A stretch of DNA of 64,000 nucleotides from Tagaea sp. CACIAM 22H2. GTDB lineage: Bacteria; Pseudomonadota; Alphaproteobacteria; CACIAM-22H2. The stretch lies in NCBI GenBank assembly GCA_014444615.1, contig PVXE01000018.1:246-64245 (forward strand), in the 5' to 3' direction. The notes under the pieces were generated by a model, which saw nothing but the letters and a program-made list of their open reading frames with translations, did no database searches and was not told the origin of the DNA. The first letter of the stretch is position 1. Each line of letters begins with the position of its first letter. A program made the position numbers and the translations under genes. Below, piece after piece: positions 17,325-26,232 of this stretch.

Positions 17325-18404
17325 ATGCAGGATATTCCGATACATCTTCTCGTCGCGATCGCCGGGCTCGCCGCCGGGGCGGCGTTCGGCGCTTTGGCCC
17401 AACGCACCAATTTCTGCACCATGGGCGCCATTTCCGACGCCCTGGTGATGGCCGATAAGCGCCGTCTGCGCGCCTGGGTTGCCGCCATCGGGATCGCGAT
17501 GCTGGGCGCCAATGCGCTGCACGCCGCCGGCGCCATCGATCTGCGCGGATCGATCTACCTCGCGCCCAATCTCGGCTGGCCGGGCGCGATTTTCGGCGGC
17601 GTATTGTTCGGATTCGGCATGGTGTTGGCGGGCGGCTGCGGCCAGCGCAATCTGGTCCGCGCCGGGGCGGGCAATCTCAAAAGCGTCGTCGTTCTGCTGA
17701 TTCTGGGATTCTCGGCCTACGCCACGCTGCGCGGCATCGTCGGCTATGTGCGGGTCAACACTTGGGAGCGCGCGAATCTCGATCTGCGCGCGCTTGGCTT
17801 CGCCGATCAAAGTCTGCCGACATTGACCGGCATCGACCGGCCGATCTTGGCGGCGGCACTGGGCGCCGCCCTGCTGATTTGGTGCTTCAAGGACCGGACG
17901 TTCCGCGCCAGCGCGCGCGACGTGATCGCGGGGCTCGGCGTGGGCGCGTTGATCGTGCTCGGCTGGACCATCACCGGCGTGTGGGGCAAGGACGATTTCG
18001 ATCCCACGCCGCTTGCCTCGTTCACCTTCGTGGCGCCCGTCGGCGACACGCTGTTCTATGCGATGTTCTGGACGGGAACGAAGATCAATTTCGGCGTCTC
18101 GACCGTGTTCGGCATGATGATCGGATCGGCGATCGCCGCGAAAGCCGCAGGCGAATGGCGCTTGGAAAGCTTCCGCGACGCCAACGATTTCCTGCGCAAC
18201 GCCGGCGGCGCCATCCTGATGGGTATCGGCGGCGTCAGCGCGCTGGGCTGCACCGTGGGCCAAGGCATCACCGGCCTGTCGACGCTCGCCATCGGCTCGT
18301 TCCTCGCAGTCGCGGGCATCGCGGTCGGCGCCATGCTGGCGCTCAAATATCTCGAGGAAGGCTCGCTCGTGGCGGCGTTGAAAGCGCTGGTCGCGCGTGG
18401 CTGA
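17325..18404 (+). CDS. YeeE/YedE-family sulfur-compound (thiosulfate) transporter
   Basis: RTNFCTMG, GMVLAGGCG and LGCTVGQG conserved cysteine motifs; polytopic membrane protein. Confidence 0.92.
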   Translation: MQDIPIHLLVAIAGLAAGAAFGALAQRTNFCTMGAISDALVMADKRRLRAWVAAIGIAMLGANALHAAGAIDLRGSIYLAPNLGWPGAIFGGVLFGFGMVLAGGCGQRNLVRAGAGNLKSVVVLLILGFSAYATLRGIVGYVRVNTWERANLDLRALGFADQSLPTLTGIDRPILAAALGAALLIWCFKDRTFRASARDVIAGLGVGALIVLGWTITGVWGKDDFDPTPLASFTFVAPVGDTLFYAMFWTGTKINFGVSTVFGMMIGSAIAAKAAGEWRLESFRDANDFLRNAGGAILMGIGGVSALGCTVGQGITGLSTLAIGSFLAVAGIAVGAMLALKYLEEGSLVAALKALVARG

Positions 18405-18801
18405 GCCAAGCGACAACAAATCGCCGCGTTTTCCGGTCGCGATGAAGGGTGTCGTGACGATCGACGGACGCGTCTGTCTGTTGTTCAACGAACGCGACGA
18501 ATGGGAATTGCCCGGCGGCAAGCTGGAACCGGGCGAGGACCCGCAAGAATGCCTGGCGCGCGAAATCGACGAGGAACTCGGGCTGACGGCCGTGCCCGAG
18601 CGCATTCTCGATTCCTGGCTTTATCGCATCGCGCCGGGCGTCGAGGTCGTGATCGTGACCTATGCGTGCGCGCCGCTATCGGGCCTCACGCCGCGCTTAA
18701 GTCACGAGCACAAGAAACTGGGATTGTTTGCGCCCGAGGAAATCGAGGCGCTGAATATGCCCGAAGGCTACAAAGCGTCGATCAGAGCCGCTTGCCGCTG
18801 A
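18397..18801 (+). CDS. NUDIX hydrolase
   Basis: Nudix box GGKLEPGEDPQECLAREIDEELG. Confidence 0.92.
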   Translation: MAEPSDNKSPRFPVAMKGVVTIDGRVCLLFNERDEWELPGGKLEPGEDPQECLAREIDEELGLTAVPERILDSWLYRIAPGVEVVIVTYACAPLSGLTPRLSHEHKKLGLFAPEEIEALNMPEGYKASIRAACR

Positions 18802-18958
18802 GCGCGTTCAGCATCTCGAGCTGCGCGCCGATCAGATTGCGCATCGCCGCGTCGGGCTCCAGCATCGCCGCCAAGCGGCGCGCGACCGCGCCGCAGCCGC
18901 GCTTGCATTCGCGCGCGGTCTCGTCGGTTTTCGTGCGGCACTCCTGCGTGCAGGCCAT
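18782..18958 (-). CDS. Small cysteine-rich protein (58 aa)
   Basis: MACTQECRTKTDETARECKRGCGAVARRLAAMLEPDAAMRNLIGAQLEMLNALSGKRL; GAGGAG SD 7 nt upstream; host-like codons; FNR box upstream. Confidence 0.72.
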   Translation of the reverse strand: MACTQECRTKTDETARECKRGCGAVARRLAAMLEPDAAMRNLIGAQLEMLNALSGKRL

Positions 18959-19031
18959 CGGGGGGCTCCTCGTCACGGCAATATAGCTATTCGCCGGTGA
19001 TGCCATTCTGGACGAAACGCCGCAGGGCGCA

Positions 19032-19045
19032 TTGATCTGGATCAA
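19032..19045. promoter_or_regulatory. Perfect FNR/FixK box
   Basis: TTGAT-CTGG-ATCAA; leftward -10-like CAGAAT at 19010-19005. Confidence 0.85.
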
Positions 19046-19073
19046 GCCAGATTTTCTGTTAGATTCCGGATAG

Positions 19074-19769
19074 ATGACCGAGATCCTGCAAGCCGTTTTG
19101 GACGGGTTGGGCGGCGCCCTGGGGGCCGCCATGCTGCCGCTATGGCCCGCTTTTGCCGCCTGGGCGGCCGCAATCTTGCGCGACGAATGGAGCGACGCCG
19201 ATGGCGCCCCGCCGGGTGCCGTGGCGCGCCTTGCCGCTGCGACAGCGCTGTTCGGCCTCGCCTTCGGATTGGGCTTCGCCGCCCTCAACGCGGGCGACGG
19301 CCTACTGATCCGCCATGCGCGCGCTTTCACATTATTGGCGGGCGCCGTCATCGCCGCCTTCGGGCTGCATGTTTTGGGTGCGGCGCCGATCCCCGGCCTA
19401 CGCCGCGCGGCGCGTGCGCCCGTTTGGCGCGTTCCTGCAAATTTTGTCGCGGCCCTTTGCGTGGGCTTCGCCTTTGCGTTCGGATGGACGCCGATTCCGG
19501 GACCGGGCCTTGCCGCGGCGGCCGGCGCCGCGCCGCTAGCGCTTGCAACTTACGGGATTTTCCTGAGCTGGCCCGCTTGGCTCGCGGTTTTGCTCGGCTA
19601 TGTCGTTCTCGCGCGCAAATCCCCCGTCATCCCCGCGGCGCTGCACCGCCTCGAAGCGATCGCGGGGCTCGTTTTAATCGCAACGGGCGTATTGATTGCG
19701 GCGGGATTTCTTGCGGAGTTCGGCTTCGCACTCGACGAGCGAATCGCCTTTCTGGCGCGATTTGGATAA
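19074..19769 (+). CDS. CcdA/SoxV-like membrane protein lacking both redox cysteines
   Basis: Follows the CcdA pattern end to end (LPLxP, FGLHxLG, GFAFAFGWTP..GP), but SPCVLP reads AAMLP and WTPCIGP reads WTPIPGP. Confidence 0.8.
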   Translation: MTEILQAVLDGLGGALGAAMLPLWPAFAAWAAAILRDEWSDADGAPPGAVARLAAATALFGLAFGLGFAALNAGDGLLIRHARAFTLLAGAVIAAFGLHVLGAAPIPGLRRAARAPVWRVPANFVAALCVGFAFAFGWTPIPGPGLAAAAGAAPLALATYGIFLSWPAWLAVLLGYVVLARKSPVIPAALHRLEAIAGLVLIATGVLIAAGFLAEFGFALDERIAFLARFG

Positions 19770-19806
19770 AGCGCATTTAAGGTCCGGCTCAGATCCGGTA
19801 CATACA

Positions 19807-20250
19807 ATGCTCCGTATGTCCGCCATCGCCAAAGCCCTTCCGTCCATTCGCCGCTTCGATCCCGGCGCCGACCTGCCCGATCTTCTCGCGCAGTTCGTCT
19901 GGACATGGGAAGGCGCACGCGGCATCGACGATGGTATTCCCGAGCGCACGGCCTTCAACCTGATGCGGCTGCCAAACAACGGCGCGCAGGCGGGCTTCGT
20001 GCTGGTGCCCGTCGTCGAAGCGGGTGCCGATCTCTATCGCTGGCGCGTCGTCGGCAACGGCGCCAAGGAAATTCTGGCGGCGGCCCCCGGCGCGGCGGTG
20101 CCGCTGGCCGACCCGATCGCGCAAGCCGCACTCGAATCGCTGCTGACCGCGACGCCGATGCAAGTCGCCGACGAAAGCAATGGTTGGATCGCGATGCTGG
20201 CGCCGCTGGCGGGCGCCGACGGGCATGTGATCGTGGGCGTCGTCGCTTAA
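19807..20250 (+). CDS. Stand-alone PAS_5-like hypothetical protein
   Basis: W...R....PER..F...LP...YRWRVVG pattern typical of alphaproteobacterial PAS_5 proteins; start uncertain (19807 or 19816). Confidence 0.55.
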   Translation: MLRMSAIAKALPSIRRFDPGADLPDLLAQFVWTWEGARGIDDGIPERTAFNLMRLPNNGAQAGFVLVPVVEAGADLYRWRVVGNGAKEILAAAPGAAVPLADPIAQAALESLLTATPMQVADESNGWIAMLAPLAGADGHVIVGVVA

Positions 20251-20441
20251 GGTCAGGCGCGGCTCTCGGCGGTATCAAACACCGCTAAATTACCCTTTTA
20301 GATAAAACGCGTTGCCGGGACCGCGCGGGCCCCGCAAATAGTCCCCGTCACTTGCCAGACGGCCGGGGATGCGGCCACACTCGCGCCCAATCGCCGCCAA
20401 GACGAAATCCCCGCCAGGGGCCCGAACGAAGAGGGAGATCC

Positions 20442-20756
20442 ATGCGTTCCGTCATCGCAACCGCCGCTTTCGTGGCCAGCTTGCTCGCCGGTGCCGCCGC
20501 AGCGCAGGCCCAGCAAGCCGCCCCCATCCCCGGCAGCGTGCTTGCCGCGACCTGCTCGGGTTGCCACGGCCCGGCCGGGCGCAGCGTCGCCGAGATCCCG
20601 CCGATCAACGGCCGGACGGAGCAGCAGCTTCTGTCCGCCATGTTGGATTTCAAGAACGACCGCCGGCCGGCAACGGTGATGAACCGCCACGCCAAGGGCT
20701 TCAGCGACGACGAGCTCGCCGCCATCGCCCGCGAAATTTCGGCCAATTGGCGCTAA
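20442..20756 (+). CDS. fccA: c-type cytochrome, flavocytochrome c sulfide dehydrogenase subunit
   Basis: Signal peptide, single CSGCH heme motif, TVMNRHAKG axial Met; upstream of fccB. Confidence 0.88.
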   Translation: MRSVIATAAFVASLLAGAAAAQAQQAAPIPGSVLAATCSGCHGPAGRSVAEIPPINGRTEQQLLSAMLDFKNDRRPATVMNRHAKGFSDDELAAIAREISANWR

Positions 20757-20772
20757 CGGGGAGATCACGCAT

Positions 20773-22074
20773 ATGACCCGCACGAAACTCACCCGCCGCG
20801 CTTTCACCGGCTCGCTGCTCGCCACCTCCGCGCTGTCGGCCTGCGCCGTGCAGACCGCCCCCGCCAAGGCCCATGTCGTCGTGATCGGCGGCGGCTTCGG
20901 TGGCGCCACGGCCGCGAAATTCATCCGCCTGGAAGATCCCGGCATCGCGGTCACGCTGATCGAGCCGAAAAGCGAGTTCGTCACCTGCCCGTTCTCCAAC
21001 TACGTCATCGCCGGGTTCAAGCAGATTGGCGAGATCACGCATAACTACAACGCGCTGACCGGCACGCATGGCGTGCGCCACGTGCGCGACATTGCCGTCG
21101 CCATCGATCCCGCGACCAAAACGGTGCGCACCGGTTCCGGCCAGTCGATCCGCTACGACAAGCTGGTCGTGTCGCCCGGCATCGATATCCGCTGGGGTGC
21201 GATCGAAGGCTACACCGAAGCCGCCGCCGAGATTCTGCCGCATGCGTGGCAAGGCGGCGCGCAGACGCTGCTGCTGCGCCGCCAGCTCGAAGCCATGCCG
21301 GATGGCGGCGTGGTGGCGCTGGCGCTGCCCGGCAACCCCTATCGCTGCCCGCCGGGGCCGTACGAGCGCATTTCGGTCATCGCGCATTATTTGAAGACGA
21401 CCAAGCCGCGCTCGAAGATCCTGGCGCTCGACGCCAAGGACGCGTTCTCGAAGCAGCCGCTGTTCCAGGACGGCTGGAACGCGCTCTATCCCGGCATGAT
21501 CGAATGGGTGCCGCTCAACAAGGACGGCCGCATCACCCAAGTCATCGCGAACGAGCGCACGCTGGTTTCCGAATTCGGCCAGCGCCATCGCGCGGCGGTC
21601 GTCAACGTCGTGCCCCCGCAGTTCGCGAGCAAGATCGCGCGCGATGCGGGCCTTGCCAATCCCGACGGCGGCAGTGCGGGCTGGTGCCCGGTCGATCCGA
21701 TCACGTTCGAATCGACGCGCATCAAGGACATCCATGTGATCGGCGACGCGTCGATCGCCGGCGCCATGCCGAAATCGGGCTTCGCCGCGAACAGCCAAGG
21801 CAAGTTCGTCGCCAAGGCGATCGCCGCGGCGCTGAACGGCCGTCCGGCTTTCGCACCCGTCTACGCCAACACCTGCTATTCGCTGCTGGCGCCCGATTAC
21901 GGGATCTCGGTCGCGGATATCTATCGCGCCACGCCGCAGGGCATCGTGGCCGTGCAGGGTGCGGGCGGCGTTTCCCCGCGCACGCCGGCGGATGCGGCGC
22001 AGTTCCGTCATCTGGAAGCGACCTATACGCGCGGCTGGTATTCGAGCGCCACGCGCGAAATCTGGGGGACCTAA
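20773..22074 (+). CDS. fccB: Flavocytochrome c sulfide dehydrogenase flavoprotein (FccB/SoxF)
   Basis: Tat TRRAF, GGGFGG, TCPFSN, RCPPGPYER, MPKSG and NTCYS. Confidence 0.93.
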   Translation: MTRTKLTRRAFTGSLLATSALSACAVQTAPAKAHVVVIGGGFGGATAAKFIRLEDPGIAVTLIEPKSEFVTCPFSNYVIAGFKQIGEITHNYNALTGTHGVRHVRDIAVAIDPATKTVRTGSGQSIRYDKLVVSPGIDIRWGAIEGYTEAAAEILPHAWQGGAQTLLLRRQLEAMPDGGVVALALPGNPYRCPPGPYERISVIAHYLKTTKPRSKILALDAKDAFSKQPLFQDGWNALYPGMIEWVPLNKDGRITQVIANERTLVSEFGQRHRAAVVNVVPPQFASKIARDAGLANPDGGSAGWCPVDPITFESTRIKDIHVIGDASIAGAMPKSGFAANSQGKFVAKAIAAALNGRPAFAPVYANTCYSLLAPDYGISVADIYRATPQGIVAVQGAGGVSPRTPADAAQFRHLEATYTRGWYSSATREIWGT

Positions 22075-22865
22075 CGCCCCATCTTGGCCAGGACCTCGCC
22101 CTTCAGGAACCGCTCGACCAGCAGCATGAACAGGATCGACGGGACCAGAAGGATGAGGGCCGAGATCGCCGCGATCTGGATATTGCCGCCGGCCCCCGCC
22201 GAATAGAGCATCAGCGGCAATGTCCGGATCTCCGGCGCGCCGACGAAATAGCTGCCGGTGAATTCGTCGAGCGATTCGAGGAATACGAAAATCGCGCTCG
22301 CCACGATGCCGGGCAGCGCGAGCGGCAGCGTCACCTCGAAGAAGGTGCGCGGGCCCGACGCGCCGATATTGCGCGCGGCTTGCTCGAGCTCGGGGTCGAT
22401 CGCCGCGAACGCCGCCGTCGCGATCCACACCGAAAAGACGAGCCCGTGCACCGCGTGGACCATGACGACGCCCGCGACCGTACCGTTGAGGTCGTATTCG
22501 AAGAAGATGCGCGCGATGTTGATATAGACGGGCAGGTTCGGGAACGCCTGCGGCAGTAGGAAGATCAGCATCACGATCGGCCGCCAGGGCAGTTTTCCGC
22601 GCGCCAATGCATAACCCGCCGGCACCGACACGACGAGGCAAACCGCCGTCGTCAGCAGCGCGATCCAAATCGACAGCCACAGCGATTCCATCGCGCGGCC
22701 GGTGGGGCGGAACACCACTTCCCAGAAGCGGAAGCCCCATTGCGACGGCAGGCGGTTGGGCCAGAACCATTGTTCGGCCACCGACCAGATCACCAAATTG
22801 CCGATCGGCCCGAGGACGAAAAAGGCGAAAATCGCGAGCAGGCCGGCGCGCAAAACCCACTTCAT
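22071..22865 (-). CDS. ABC transporter permease (PotC/CysW-like)
   Basis: LEQAARNIGA EAA loop; start MKWVLR overlaps the upstream stop. Confidence 0.9.
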   Translation of the reverse strand: MKWVLRAGLLAIFAFFVLGPIGNLVIWSVAEQWFWPNRLPSQWGFRFWEVVFRPTGRAMESLWLSIWIALLTTAVCLVVSVPAGYALARGKLPWRPIVMLIFLLPQAFPNLPVYINIARIFFEYDLNGTVAGVVMVHAVHGLVFSVWIATAAFAAIDPELEQAARNIGASGPRTFFEVTLPLALPGIVASAIFVFLESLDEFTGSYFVGAPEIRTLPLMLYSAGAGGNIQIAAISALILLVPSILFMLLVERFLKGEVLAKMGR

Positions 22866-23704
22866 CGCGTCAACCCCTGCTGCTTGTCGCGCACGGCTTC
22901 GCGCAAATAGAACCACGCGGCCAAGCCGGTCAGCAGATACGACACGAAGCCGAGCGCGTTGGCCGTGCCGTAATCGCCGACCGAGTTGATCCGCCAAGCC
23001 ATGTTGACCGTCAGCATCGACGGGCTTTGGCCCGACAGCATGATCGGTACCGACAGCACCGACATCATCGTGACGAAGGACAGGATCAAGCCGACCGCCA
23101 GCGTGCGGCGGATCTGGGGCACGACGATTTCGAGCAGCACGCGCAAGCGCGAGGCGCCGAGATTGCGCGCGGCGTCGATCGTCGAGCGGTCGAGCCCCGC
23201 CATCGCGCCGGCCACCATCAGCGTCACGAACGGCGTCTGCTTCCACACGAAAGTGATGACGATGCCGCGCCAATCGAGAAAGCTTTGCGCCATTTCCTGG
23301 TCCATCAGGCCCAGGAAAACGAATGCGTTGTTCATCATCCCGTTGCGGCCCAGGAAGGTGCGCATGCACAAGGCGGCGACGATGAACGGCACGAATAACG
23401 GCCAGCGATAGAGCCAATCGAGGATCTTCTTGGCGACTGGCGAATTGCCGAGCGTCAGATACCCGCCGATCGACACGGAAATCACGGCGATCAGAAAGGT
23501 CGACAGCCCGACGATGAAAACGGTGAACAGCGTGTCGAGGCGGTAAAGCTCCCACGCGCGCACGAAATTGCCGAGCGTCCACACGCCCGCCTTGTCCTGG
23601 AACGCGCCGACCAGCGAGTAGCCCAAAGGATAGATGAACAGCGCCAGCGCCATGGCGAGCGCCGGAAAAATCAGCAGAACGGAAACGCCGCGTGTGGGAC
23701 CCAT
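22862..23704 (-). CDS. ABC transporter permease (PotB-like)
   Basis: IDAARNLGAS loop and six TM helices. Confidence 0.9.
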   Translation of the reverse strand: MGPTRGVSVLLIFPALAMALALFIYPLGYSLVGAFQDKAGVWTLGNFVRAWELYRLDTLFTVFIVGLSTFLIAVISVSIGGYLTLGNSPVAKKILDWLYRWPLFVPFIVAALCMRTFLGRNGMMNNAFVFLGLMDQEMAQSFLDWRGIVITFVWKQTPFVTLMVAGAMAGLDRSTIDAARNLGASRLRVLLEIVVPQIRRTLAVGLILSFVTMMSVLSVPIMLSGQSPSMLTVNMAWRINSVGDYGTANALGFVSYLLTGLAAWFYLREAVRDKQQGLTR

Positions 23705-23707
23705 CGA

Positions 23708-23746
23708 AATAAAACGGGGCGGCCGTCGTCGAAACCGCCGCCCCGT
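23708..23746 (-). terminator. Intra-operon hairpin/terminator after the binding-protein gene
   Basis: 10-bp stem ACGGGGCGGC/GCCGCCCCGT followed by TTTATTT on the minus strand. Confidence 0.7.
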
Positions 23747-23754
23747 CCTTTACG

Positions 23755-24918
23755 TCAGTTCAGAACGACTTTTTCGTACTGTTCTTGGATCTTGGTGAAG
23801 TAGTCGGCCTGCGGCATCGGGCGGGCCATCTTGTTCAGCATGTCCGGCGGCACGTCGCGGAACAGACGTTCCCACAGCTTGGCGTCGAGATGCGAACGCA
23901 CATGCTGAGCGTCGATGCCCGGCAGCCAGTTGAAGCGCTCGACGATGCCCTTGGCCTGGACGACCGGCGACGTCGCCATCTCGACGAACTTGCGCGAGAC
24001 ATCCGCGTTCGCCGACTTGTCGGGGATGACGTAGTACATCGGCTGGCCCGGCAAGCCGCTTTCCAGCAGCGTCAGCTTCAGCGTCGGCGGCAGGCGGCCT
24101 TCGCCCTGCCAGGAGTAGAACATGTCCATCCACACCGGGCCCATGTCGATCTCGCCGCGGTTCAGCGCGTCGAGCGTGCCCGCGTTGCCCGGCGTGATCG
24201 TCGAGACGGCGTTGAACGCCTTCAACTTCTGCAAGGCCGGCGTCAGCGCCTGCACGGTCGCGTCGTCATACGGGCCTTCGATCAGCTTCTTCTGATCGGG
24301 GGCGTAGGCGTAAAGCCAGCCGAACACGAAGCCCACGCCGGACATGCCGCCGCGAATGCCGTTATGGCCGAACTTCTTCGGGTTGGCGTTGGCCCAAGCG
24401 ACGAGCTCGTCGAAGGTCTTGGGCGGGTTGGCGACGCGCGCCGGGTTGTAGGCGATGGCGACTTGGGAGTTGAACATCGGCATCACGTAGCCGTCGACGT
24501 TCACGCCCAGCGCGTTCTTGGTGATCGCGCTGGTCGCCATACTCCCGGTCGAAACCTGGCCGCGATAGCTGGACAGCAAGCCGTCCTTCACCATCTGGCC
24601 GGCCATCTTCTGGTGGACGATCGCGACGTCGACATCGACGGTCGCGGCGTTCGCCTTCTTCTGCGCTTCCAGGCGTTCCCAGATGCGCTGCGAGCCGGCA
24701 TCGCCGGGGCCCGTCCCCACGGCGCGCACGCGCACGCCGGGATTGGCCTTCTCGAACTGCGGCCCGAGGAATTCGGTGATGTAGTCGACCATGTTCTGGT
24801 CGCCGGCCGTCAACACGTTGATCGTGACGTTACGCGCCTGGGCGTTGACCGCCCCCGGCAGCGTCGCGGCGACCGCACCCGCCGCCAAAGCGGCCGCGAT
24901 CAATGTCCGTCGTTGCAT
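23755..24918 (-). CDS. ABC extracellular solute-binding protein, substrate unknown
   Basis: QRRTL Tat-like signal; AIAYNP...PKTFDEL and LNRGEI motifs of PotD/SBP_bac_8-like proteins. Confidence 0.88.
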   Translation of the reverse strand: MQRRTLIAAALAAGAVAATLPGAVNAQARNVTINVLTAGDQNMVDYITEFLGPQFEKANPGVRVRAVGTGPGDAGSQRIWERLEAQKKANAATVDVDVAIVHQKMAGQMVKDGLLSSYRGQVSTGSMATSAITKNALGVNVDGYVMPMFNSQVAIAYNPARVANPPKTFDELVAWANANPKKFGHNGIRGGMSGVGFVFGWLYAYAPDQKKLIEGPYDDATVQALTPALQKLKAFNAVSTITPGNAGTLDALNRGEIDMGPVWMDMFYSWQGEGRLPPTLKLTLLESGLPGQPMYYVIPDKSANADVSRKFVEMATSPVVQAKGIVERFNWLPGIDAQHVRSHLDAKLWERLFRDVPPDMLNKMARPMPQADYFTKIQEQYEKVVLN

Positions 24919-25010
24919 GTTCTCCTCCGTATCCGCCGGACTTGATCGCGCCCGCCGTCCGGCGGACCGGCGGGCGCTTTTTCCAATACGCGCGCTGTGC
25001 GACGTTTGCG

Positions 25011-26081
25011 TTACGCTTTCTCCGCAGGGAAAAAGTGCAACGCTTCGGCAGGCAGAACGACGCGCGCGTTCACGCCCACCTCGACACGCCGTTCGTCGTC
25101 GACCATGAATTGCCGGTCGCCCACCGCGACCGCGTAGCGCCAGAACCCGCCCGGATAGGCGGCCTGGACGACGCGACCCTCCAGCGCCAAGGCGCCTTGC
25201 GGATCGGCATCGCCCGGCAGCGACAGCTTCGCGGCTTCGGAACGGAAATGTGCGGTGACCTTGCCGTCGATCGCCCCCTCGTGCGGCAACTCAGCTTCGC
25301 GATTATGCGGGCCCGGCGCCACGCGCAGCTTGGCGCCGCTGCGCGACAAATCGAGGCGGATCGCGTTGTTGGCGCCCATGAAGGACGCAACGAAAGCCGA
25401 CGCGGGACGGTTATAGACTTCCTCCGGCCGTCCGACCTGGGCGATCGTTCCGGCGTCGAGAATGACGATCCGGTCGGCCATCACCATCGCCTCCTCGCGA
25501 TCATGGGTCACATGGATCGTGGTGATGCCGAGGCGCCGTTGCAGCGCTTTGATCTCGTGGCGCACGTCTTCGCGGATGCGCGCGTCCAGATTGGACAATG
25601 GCTCGTCCAGCAGCAGAATCTGCGGATCGACGGCAAGCGCGCGGCCCAGGGCGACGCGCTGGCGCTGGCCGCCGGAAAGCTGGGTGACGTTGCGTTCGCC
25701 GAGCCCGTCGAGCTTCAGCATCGCCACCATCTCGGCGACGCGCGCGGCGATTTCCGCGCGCGACTTTTTGCGCAAGCGCAATCCGTAGCCGATATTCTGC
25801 GCCACGCTCATATGCGGCCACAGCGCGTAGCTTTGGAACACCATCGCCATTTCGCGCTTGTCGGGCGGCATCGGCGTGATATCGCGCCCGCCCACGCGGA
25901 TGGCGCCGCCCGCGACCGGCACGAATCCCGAAATGCAGCGCAGCAGCGTCGTCTTGCCGCAGCCCGACGACCCGAGCAGCGCCACGAATTCGCCGGGTGC
26001 GACATCCAGGCTGACGCCTTTCAGCACGCGCGTGCCGCCATAAGCGGCCTCGACCCGGTCGATCTCCAACCGTGCGGACAT
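25011..26081 (-). CDS. ABC ATP-binding subunit (PotA-like with TOBE domain)
   Basis: GSSGCGKT, LSGGQRQR and LLLDEP. Confidence 0.93.
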   Translation of the reverse strand: MSARLEIDRVEAAYGGTRVLKGVSLDVAPGEFVALLGSSGCGKTTLLRCISGFVPVAGGAIRVGGRDITPMPPDKREMAMVFQSYALWPHMSVAQNIGYGLRLRKKSRAEIAARVAEMVAMLKLDGLGERNVTQLSGGQRQRVALGRALAVDPQILLLDEPLSNLDARIREDVRHEIKALQRRLGITTIHVTHDREEAMVMADRIVILDAGTIAQVGRPEEVYNRPASAFVASFMGANNAIRLDLSRSGAKLRVAPGPHNREAELPHEGAIDGKVTAHFRSEAAKLSLPGDADPQGALALEGRVVQAAYPGGFWRYAVAVGDRQFMVDDERRVEVGVNARVVLPAEALHFFPAEKA

Positions 26082-26104
26082 TGTATTGGTTCTCCCCGGA
26101 ACCG

Positions 26105-26161
26105 ATCCTAGCGCATCGATTATGACAATTAAAAGACACTCCCTTGCTTCCGCGATGACAC
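26105..26161 (-). promoter_or_regulatory. Pho box with -10 element for the ABC operon
   Basis: Minus strand GTGTCTT-TTAA-TTGTCAT (26139-26122), a further GTGTCAT unit in 11-bp phase (26161-26155), and TAGGAT at 26110-26105. Confidence 0.65.
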
Positions 26162-26232
26162 CGCGCCAATATCCGCCATCCTCAACCGGCCCAGGGACAA
26201 ACCCCGCGGCCCGGAACTCAGGGAGTCTATCC

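Noticed and set aside
17040..18605. 521-aa ORF ending in a TusA domain
   Set aside because: The upstream part is antisense to yeeE; only the last 75 aa are the real gene.
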